Assembly: GCA_951406725.2 (NCBI GenBank)
Contig: OX597824.1
Coordinates: 67,146,001-67,210,000 of the forward strand
Origin: Octopus vulgaris
Taxonomy: Eukaryota
Direction of reading: 5' to 3'
DNA length: 64,000 nucleotides
Shown here: one piece after another, positions 55,083-64,000 of the stretch
Layout: each line of letters opens with the position of its first letter
Position numbering within the stretch: the stretch's first letter is position 1
Program-made: the position numbers and the translations under genes
Notes under the pieces: model-generated
Told to the model about the DNA's origin: nothing
Databases searched by the model: none
What the model saw: the letters and a program-made list of their open reading frames with translations, nothing else

Positions 55083-55139
55083 ATAAAAAACTCAATAAAT
55101 TCATGTCAATAATGTGAGCCATATGCATTAAATATTTCC

Positions 55140-57110
55140 CTGAGAAAGGAGCCAATACACACAAAAACGTCATTCCCTGAGACAGGAAAATACTCATGCG
55201 GAGGAGAATAATGATCATTTAAACAAACACCTTAATGACAGTGTGAGATCCCATCTGACAAAGGAACTCTTTGTGATAGAAAATAAACTCAAAATCTCCC
55301 ATGAAAAAGAAAGAGAAACCTGAGCAGTTGAAAATATAAAAAGAAATCCTAAAGCCTTCTACACGTTGGCAAAGGAGTCTACGTCAGTACGCTATAAGAT
55401 AGAGCCACTATTTGGTAAAAATGACTCACTAACTGCAGACCCAAGGAAGATAAGTGAAGCACTAAATAAACAATTCTGAAGTGTTTTCACTTCTCCAATG
55501 GAAATATGCAAATAAACAAGCCAAAGGAGTTTTTCAATGTAATGAATCTATTTGGAAAAGAGGCAACAATCGATTACGTCAACATCACAGAAGAGGATGT
55601 AATATTGGTTATTGATGAGATGAGATCAAACGCAGCAACAGGCCCAGGTGGACTCCTGGCTCTTCTCTTAAAGACATGTAAAAAGGCTTTAGCAAAGCCA
55701 CTGCAGATACTCTTTCAGAGTTTCTTTGCATGTTGTAAACTCCCCAACATGCTAAAAGAGGGTATAATATGCCTCGTCTATAAAGGAAGGAGGAGAGCAG
55801 ATGCTAAAACCTACAGGTTCATCCCTCTGACCGCACTTGTTTGCAAGACAATGGAACACATTGTCAGAGAAAGGTTAATCATGTTCCTAGAAGAAAACAA
55901 CCTCACAAACAAGCAACCTGGCTTCCGTCCAGGAAAGAGCTGCCTCACACAGTTGCTGCAGCACTTTGACTGGGTACTGAAGCAATGGCTAAACCAGTCA
56001 GCTGTAGATGTGATATACCTCAACTTTGCCAAGGCCTTCGACAAGGTTGATCATGGCATGATATGCCACAAGCTGCGAAACCTTGGTGTTACCGGGAAAC
56101 TGGGTGAGTGGCCACATGATTTCCTGAAAGACAGGAGTCAGATAGTAGTAGCCAATGGTGCTCACCCCGAGGAGACACCAATTCTCAATGGAGTCCCACA
56201 GGGAACTGTACTGGGGCCACTACTATTTATGGTAGCCCTCTCAGACATGCCCTCCGTGGTACAGTCAGCCAATCTGACCAGTTATGCTGATGACACAAAA
56301 GTATTGCAGGCAGTTAGGAAGGACATCATAAAACTTCAGAAAGACCTGAACGAAGTCTTCTAATGGGCTAACAAAAATAACATGCAGTGCAATGCTATGA
56401 AATTTCAGGCACTCCACTATCAGTCCAACACCAGGCTAAAACCAGAATACACTGGACCAGAAGGTAATATGATCCCAGAGTCAGAGTTGGTGTGTGACCT
56501 GGGGGTTCACATGAGCAATGATGCAACATTCCATGTGCATATTACCAAGATTGCAACAATGTGCAAAAGAGTGGCTGGCTGGATTCTGAGGACATTCAGA
56601 ATCAGGAAAAGGGAGGCTCTGCTACTCCTATAGAAGACTTTTGTTCTCAGCTGCTTGGACTACTGCTCCCAACTATGGTCCCCAGAGAGTGTGGAACTTG
56701 AAGCAATCCAGCACCAGTACACAAAGAAGATTGACTCGATGCAAAAGATGGGCTACTGGGAGAGGCTAAGGGAGCTGAGTCTGTGTTCACTAGAGAGAAG
56801 ACAAGAAAGATATGTGGTGATATATATTTGGAGGGTTTTGCTCTCAATTTTGACAGCTATACCAATCCTCGAACTGGATGGCACTGCATCATACCAAAGC
56901 TCCTTTCTTACCTGTCTAGAATAAGGACACAGTACTGCAATAGTCTGGGTTTTAAGGGCCTGCAATTGTTCAACATCCTTCCAAGCAACCTTAGAGATCT
57001 ACATGGTATTGATGCGGAAGTTTTCAAGGAACGTCTGGACAGGTTCCTATCTGGTACCAGATGAACCCACAATGCAGCAAGAGATGCAAAGAAGAGCAGC
57101 TCTGTCCATC
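55140..57110 (+). mobile_element. Degenerate CR1/L2-type LINE ORF2 (reverse transcriptase), 5'-truncated
   Basis: ORF 55506-56363 contains QPGFRPGKSC, DVIYLNFAKAFDKVDH, GVPQGTVLGPLLF and YADDTK. It continues through stops and frameshifts to YCSQLWSP and LERRQERY. Confidence 0.9.
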
Positions 57111-57149
57111 TTGCTACTTCACCAAAAACAATATTAGAAACGTTTAAAT

Positions 57150-57530
57150 ATTTGTTGTGCAAGATTTTTTATGTCAAGTCGTGTGTTGAAACAGATATTG
57201 TTATATTTCGGAATGGTCATATTGCCAGTTTAGCCAATAAAAACACACGCACTATATATTTGGTGTTATTTTGCTTCAGTGATATTTATTTTTTACATTA
57301 ATCTTAATCTTATTTCGGCCAAAGTTCTTTCGCCACACTCCTGTGACCGCATCAGTGGTCCTTTGTTTTCTTCTTACTTATTTGTGTCTCTCCTTACTAA
57401 CCGTCAGCCATTACGATAGAGTAGTTGTATACTGTCAACTTAATGTGACAGTCCCATGAAGGGAATCACACCACTGCTATTTAGCCCTAGGAAGCATCGA
57501 CGCTTCCTGTTGGCCTTGACACATTTCCTG
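57150..57530 (-). mobile_element. Penelope-like terminal-repeat fragment with hammerhead
   Basis: Hammerhead fold at 57319-57358 followed by an AT-rich tail, lying immediately after a CR1 3' end. Confidence 0.5.
57319..57358 (-). ncRNA. Minimal hammerhead variant (CUGAUGC core)
   Basis: cca-CUGAUGC-g-gucaca(ggag)uguggc-GAAA-gaacuu-ugg. Confidence 0.55.
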
Positions 57531-58436
57531 TGTCCTTATGTTTACAAGGGAGAGACAAGCACCTCCACCCAGCTAAGCCTTACACACATGTGTGTATGTG
57601 TGTAAGTGAAAAATTTCGAGCTTCTGTGGGATTGTGCAAATGTCTGGTTTTGTGAGTGTATAATACATTTGTGTATGTCAGAGGACTAAGATATGTGGCA
57701 CATTGTTGTACTCAAGTAGACATGCCCACCACAACAGAATTGAGTTCTTAAAACCAAGGTGCCATCTAAAAAGCATTGGCGAGGGTGCTGGTGCCATCTA
57801 AAAAGCACCTAGTACACTCTGTGGAATGGTTGGTTTTAGGAAGGGTATCAGTCATAAAAACCAAGCCAAAACATTATGGAACCTGGTGTGACCCCTGGCC
57901 TCGCCAGTTCCTCTCAAGCCATCATGGAAAATGGACGTTAAATGTTGATAATGATGATAATAAACAAATACCAGCATATGAAATACCACACAACATAAAT
58001 TCTTGATTTATTAAAATTATTTCTGCCTTTAGAGGATGCCTCATAATTATTAAATAGCAATTCAGTCCAGCCCACATATGAGAAGGGGAGATAATCTCAC
58101 AAATCACGAATGCTCCAAAGTTAACATGCCATTCAAAAAAAAGGACAAGCTTATTGTCTGGAGATAAGAGAACAGTCATGGACATGTGTTTCCAGTAGCC
58201 AAGGGACTTTTAGAAAAAGAGTAGAAAACAATTATGGCCTTGATAGTTTGCATAATTTAAACAAAAATGGGCTAACAAAAATAACCCAGAATGGCCTGTA
58301 CACACATACTTATACAGATGTGCCTGTCTTTATGCATTTGTATGTATGCATATCTTTGAATCTCTTTTTTTTCTCTTTTTCACTAATACAGCACATTTCT
58401 GGATGACAAAGCAGACAATTAACACACGAATCAACC

Positions 58437-58493
58437 ATGACGGATACTGCCTGTCCATTGCTGACTATTCTAGATGAGAATGATCGAGATGTT
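58437..58493 (+). CDS. Putative first coding exon of an unidentified plus-strand gene (MTDTACPLLTILDENDRDV, phase 0)
   Basis: Strong acceptor (ttttttttctctttttcactaatacAG, ending 58391), Kozak-like ACCATGA, and a canonical GTAAGT donor at 58494. An in-frame stop upstream marks the 5' part of the exon as UTR. Product not recognised. Confidence 0.5.
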
Positions 58494-60021
58494 GTAAGTT
58501 TTCTTATTGTCACTTGTTTCAACCCTGCATTTCAAAGTGTGTGTTTATGTATCCTTTCACATCCTTCTATGCCCTACTCAGTTGAGGCATCTTGTCTTGC
58601 AAGTACTTGGTACCCTCACTTATGCTGGTGCCATAAAAAAAAATCACCAAATTATCATCATCATCGTTTAACGTCCGTTTTCCATGCTAGCATGGGTTGG
58701 ACGGTTCGACCGGGGTCTGGGAAGCCAGGAGGCTGCACCAGGCTCCAGTCTGATCTGGCAGTGTTTCTACAGCTGGATGCCCTTCCTAACGCCAACCACT
58801 CTGAGTGTAGTGGGTGCTTTTTATGTGCCACCGGCACAGGTGCCAGGGGAGGCTGGCAACGGCCACGATCGGTTGGTGCTTTTTATGTGCCACCGGCACG
58901 GAAGCCAGTCAAGGTGGCGCTGGCATCGGCCACGTACAGATGGTGCTTTTTACGTGCCACCAGCATAGGTGCCAGGGGAGTTGTTGGCATTAGGAATAGC
59001 ATCCAAAGCAGACACTGGTGCTTAATGCAAATCTCTGGCTCATTGGTTGCTGTTGAACTGTCCAGCCTATGCCAACATTGGAAAGAGACATTAATAATAA
59101 CGATTTATATGCATGGATGGGTGATTCTCTGTTAGTTTTAATAATGAAGTTTTGGTTATTCTCTCAACTGAATTACCTGCTCATTAAATTAGCCTGTAAG
59201 TGGCTGAGTATTCCACAGACATGTATTTTTAATACAATTCTCTTGCAGAACCAGTTTGAGAATTGCAATAAGGCTTTACATTCAAATTACAGGTACAATC
59301 TATCTGATGGACTTCTCTTTAGTTTCTGTCTATCTAATGTTACTCACAAGATATGGATTACCCTGATGCTAAAGAAAGTAACTTTTGCTTAAGATATATA
59401 TGTGTGTGTGTATTTACACACACATATACACACTTATATACATAGATGCATACATATAAATGTGTAAGGAATCCTAGCTTGTTAGGTTAAGGCTTCTAAT
59501 TTGGTTAGTTGAAGTTGTCTTGTTACCTTGGTGTAGTGACTGGCATGACTATCTGGCTTACAAGAGACACAAGGTTCAATTCCTAAGTGAGTGTAGTGTC
59601 AAACTTTTTTCCACCATCTGTATCAGATATATGTATATGTATACATATATATATATATATAATACCACACTTTGATAGAGTGTGGATTGAATCCCCTTTA
59701 ACACATTCATTTTATAATCAATGTATTCATCATATACATAACTTCTCACAAACATAATTATTTAATGTTTGAAGCAATATGAATAACGCAGCACAATGAT
59801 AACATATGATAGCCCCACCCCCTTTCCAGTAAAACATTCTCTGACTGATGTTAATGGCCAAAACTTCAGAGTCAGCTGTAATATCTTTACAATCAAGTAA
59901 CCACTTTGTCCCTGTCTATACACCCACACACTACCATTTCATCTAGAAGATATGGTCTGGAAATGGTGATGGTTCATGGAACTTTACTGTTGCAAAGAAA
60001 CTATGAAGAACTCATAGGGTA

Positions 60022-60908
60022 AAAAGAGCACTCAGAGAGTGCAAACCTCCACCAAGGCAACACCAATGTCCTGTCAACGATTATCTGGAGATGATTATTA
60101 AAATGAGAATATCTGAAATAAACTCAACCGCTCTCACAAATGAGAATACTAAAAATGAACCCAACTGCTCTCAAAAATTAAGTAAAAAGAACCGGAAGAA
60201 TAATCCAGAATCCTTGTCAGGTACCTGATCGATACCAATGGTAGTGATGCTGTGTGTGTGTCGATTGCAGTGTAAACAGGGACAGTTTTCTCTATGAAAG
60301 CCTTTTTTAGTCTATCCACTGATATAGTGTCTTATTGGTTTATAGTGAAAAATTTATCCATGCGTGAAAGAAAACGGAAAAGACCTGCATATGGGGCTGT
60401 TAACGGAGGTTTAACAACATTGTTGTGCACAAAAACATAGGTCCAAGAAATAAAGCTTCCTTCAAGGCAGAGCTAGAAATGCAATTGTCAAGTAGGTAAG
60501 AGGTTTTAAACAGGAGCAATATATTCAAAATTGGTAAAACTAAAAATTGTCAAGGATAATTTTAGTTTATTACTGTTACTGAATATGTTAGTGTTGTTTA
60601 ATTTCTGAGCAACGCCGCCATACATGGAGACCCTGAGCGTGCTTTCAAGGGAGATAATCAGAGAAAGACTTGAAAGTGAACGCAAGATCATAATACTTCA
60701 TGTAAAGTAAATGTAACAATTAATCCCGAATCCTTGTCCGGTATCAGATTGATCCCAAAATTGAATTAGTTTGTGCCAGTTACAAGGCCAAATATACCTG
60801 AAAGTTTCATCCGAATTCATCCAGCAGTTCTTGAGACATTTTGTTGTTAAACAAACAAACAAACATGACTGAGAACAAGACCTCCGCCTTCACTAAGGCG
60901 GAGGTAAT
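60022..60908. mobile_element. Unclassified non-autonomous element ending in an 11-bp hairpin, interrupted by the Gypsy fragment
   Basis: acctccgcctt-cact-aaggcggaggt at 60880-60905. Related motif aacctccaccaagg at ~60044. aatcc(a/c)gaatccttgtc occurs on both sides of the insert (~60202 and ~60722). Confidence 0.5.
60290..60690 (-). mobile_element. Gypsy-type integrase C-terminal (GPY/F) fragment
   Basis: The minus strand reads YVFVHNNVVKPPLTAPYAGLFRFLSRMDKFFTI...ISVDRLKKAF. Confidence 0.7.
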
Positions 60909-61737
60909 ACGACAAAAAAAACCTCGATAAAAATTATAAAACTTGAACACTTAAGTTTCTCTACAATGCACACACACACTCACACATAAAAGTACCAACA
61001 CAGTTTGGTCTTATCTAAATATATGAATATGGAAGTTGCATGTGATGTGTTCAATAGTTTTTGTCTTGCTGTGAAAATATAACCCATGGATAAATCACAG
61101 GAACTTCTCTGGTTATGATGCTGATACTATATGTTAAACTCGGTATCAAGTAGACCCAAATTCAAATAGGACTTGATTGTGATATGTGATAATAATGAAG
61201 TTATTCATCAGCTAAGTGATGTTTCAAACATCGAAATAATCCTATGGAACTGTAGTAATAAAGATGCTGTGTGGTTGAGAAGCTTGCTTTCCAACTTTGT
61301 GGTCTTTGGTTCAGTTCCACTGTGTAGCACATTGGGCAAGTGTCTCTTGCTATAGCTCCAGGCTGACCAAAGTCTTATCAACTCATGGTGGTCATAAGTA
61401 AGCATCACCATCATATAGGTGATGTTGTTTCTTTCCAGTCTTCTATGGAAATAAGGTCTGACTATGGGGAATATTACCTTGTCTGGAAATGGGTAAGGAT
61501 TGATAACTGGAAGGACATCGGGCTGCAGAAAATTTACCTCAAATTCTGTCTGATTCGTGCAAGCATAGAAAAGTGGATGTTAAAATGGAAAGGAGATGAT
61601 GCATAAAACATCTAAGAAACATATATCTATGACAATCGAGATCAATCAATGTTATAACATTGCAGTAAATCCAGTAAAGGATTTTTGCATGTATACACAT
61701 AATTGGCTAAAACAAATATTTAGAATACACATATACA

Positions 61738-61786
<49 letters not shown>

Positions 61787-61855
61787 ATATCCAACCTATG
61801 TTGGCATGGAACATTAAATGAAGATGATATATGCATATATATAATAATGATGATG

Positions 61856-61889
<34 letters not shown>

Positions 61890-61893
<4 letters not shown>

Positions 61894-62457
61894 TTGCGTC
61901 GGAAATTAATTAGCACTTCTCAAATTTCTACATTTTCTTACATTTTCTTAATTTAATTAACTTATTATCAGAAATGAACTCGTTTTTAATCAAAAATTTA
62001 TTAAAACATATCCCAGCACACCACATAATTGTTATTAATCGTGAAATTTAGTCAATATCTTGTTGCTCCTCCTTTGGCAGCAATGACAGCTGCTATGCGG
62101 GTCGGCATGCTGTCTATGAGTGCCTGCAGGTACTGTGCAGGGATGGCCCCTCATGCAGCAAGAAGTGCCCCAAACAGCTCGTGTTGGTTCCTGTATTGCT
62201 GCACATTCAAATCCCTACCCAATCGACTCCAGAGGTTCTCAGTAGGGTTCAGGTCAGGTGACTGGCCAGCACGTACTCCTCGCCACCAAAGAGGTATCCC
62301 GTACTATCTCAACGTATTTTGCTGCGTTGATGTTGCCTTCGACGGCATAGAGCCGCCCAACACCACTGTAGCTGAACGCCCCTCACACCATCAGACCACC
62401 CCCACCATGCTTCATGGTGAGCAAATCAAGGGTGCTAATTAATTTCTGACGGTAGTG
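61890..62457 (-). mobile_element. Internally deleted Tc1-like DNA transposon
   Basis: TIRs cacttgcgtcggaaattaattagcac / gtgctaattaatttctgacggtagtg in TA context. Minus-strand motifs KHGGGGLMV*GAFS and QSPDLNPTENLWSRLGR. Confidence 0.85.
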
Positions 62458-64000
62458 TATATCATCATCATCATTTGTTTTAGCATCCACTATCCCATGC
62501 TCTTCCTGTTGCCAGCTCTCACCTGTTTCCAAGTAAGGTAATATTTCCTCATGACTGGATAAGTTTTCACAGAAGATTGAAACGGCAGTTGTGATCTGTA
62601 AGTTGAATTATGTGATCTGGTTTTGATCCGTAGTTGAAAATATTTCAACTGTTTAATTGGAAGGAAGTTGAGACAGATCAGAAATAAATTTTAAGTAATT
62701 TTAAGATGTGTAACTCAATGAAACCTCACAATGGTGTAAAGATGTTGCAGATATGAAATATTTTGTAACCAACTGAACTGTAGGGAACATTGCAGATTTT
62801 GTTGAATATAGAGGAGGAAGTTAGCCTGGTGGTAAAATTGAACCCTGAACTGCAAGCTAACTGAACACTGATAGTACCATTTCTGTGGTGTTATTGATGT
62901 TTAAAGCCAATTTTTAAAAATTTATAAGTTAGTCACAAGAAGAAGAAATGTAGCTTTGTCCTTTGCAACTCCATCTAGATGGAACTGAATTTCTTTCATC
63001 TGAGAAATCTGGTGAGACAGAATATTTATTGAATATTGCTATCACTTCTATGAAGCAAGCTTCAGTAATGGATACATAAGTATACAAAACAGGAGCAAAT
63101 AACAGAGCTTCTTACTACGTATTTATGAACCCTTGTCTCCATAATAATACTAATGCTAAGAATGTATGTATGTTTTAACTTTTTTGTTTTTAAGTACAGT
63201 TGACTGGAATGTTACAGCAAATTATGGCTATGTATAGGCAGAAGCCAGAAGCATGACTATGTATAGGTACAGGCAATTGTGTATATCAGTGCAGGCAATA
63301 GCTATGTGGTTAAAAAGTTCGTTTTGGAACCAAGTGGTTAGGAGTTTGGTCTCATTACTTAAACATCAGCTGATGTTCTATAACTGTGAGTCAACCAGTG
63401 TCTTGTGAGTGAAATTCGTAGAAACTAAAGAAGCCTTGTGTGTGTGTTTCTACATGTGCCTTTGTGCATGAGTTCATATTTCTGCTTGGCACCACGTGTT
63501 TGCTGACTGTATATCAAATAGCAGCCTTGCTATAAATACAGATGGTGTTGTGTGCTTGCAGTCAACCTTGAAAGCATATTCAAACTTATTGACATGTCTT
63601 GATATGTTGCTCAATCTTTGTAAACAAAAACAGGCCCATAACTAATGCCTGAACTGTTGTTCAATAGACCAGGGAAAATATTACCTTGCTTGAAAATGTG
63701 TGATGGTTGGCAACAAGAAGGACATCTATTTGCAGAAAATCTACCTCAACAAATTCTGTCTGACCCATGCAAGTATGGAAAAGTGGGTGCTAAAATTATT
63801 ATAATGATGAATGCTCTTACCAGTTCAAGTCAATAATAATTATTCGATTTAAAGAATGATGAGAGGCACTCGCTATAACTGTTTTTTTTTTATTTTCAAT
63901 CACAGTGCAATTGGGATAAACATTTTCCAATGTATTTTTATGGTTCTAAGACAGTAGAGTGTAATACAAACGTGATTTGTAGTAAGTTGGAGCAATCATG

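Overview
AT-rich, repeat-dense eukaryotic genomic DNA. The SINE families, the (TA)n/(TATG)n/(GATA)n tracts and the gene structure suggest a mollusc, probably an octopus; this is inference, not verified. One clear protein-coding gene is present: a minus-strand C6orf120/UPF0669 homolog with a single coding exon (13647-14258), a splice acceptor just upstream, and a probable long 5'-UTR intron leading to a promoter near 31.9 kb. A possible first coding exon of a second, plus-strand gene lies at 58437-58493. Almost everything else is transposon-derived: three SINE families, CR1-, RTE- and L1/Tx1-type LINE relics, mariner/Tc1 relics, piggyBac-like and Merlin-like MITEs, and a Gypsy integrase fragment. 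The most striking signal is six unrelated short non-coding elements that each carry a minimal hammerhead-ribozyme fold with different core variants (CUGAUGA, CUGACGA, CCGAUGA, CUGAUGC, UUGAAAA, UUGACAA). Four of them are head-to-head foldbacks, two have 13-15 bp target-site duplications, and one has a tRNA-derived Pol III head. They look like non-autonomous Penelope-like or retrozyme-like elements. A CpG-retaining central domain (~30-49.7 kb) flanked by CpG-depleted DNA suggests gene-body methylation of two divergent genes. All calls were made by eye, and repeat boundaries are approximate unless TSDs or TIRs are quoted.
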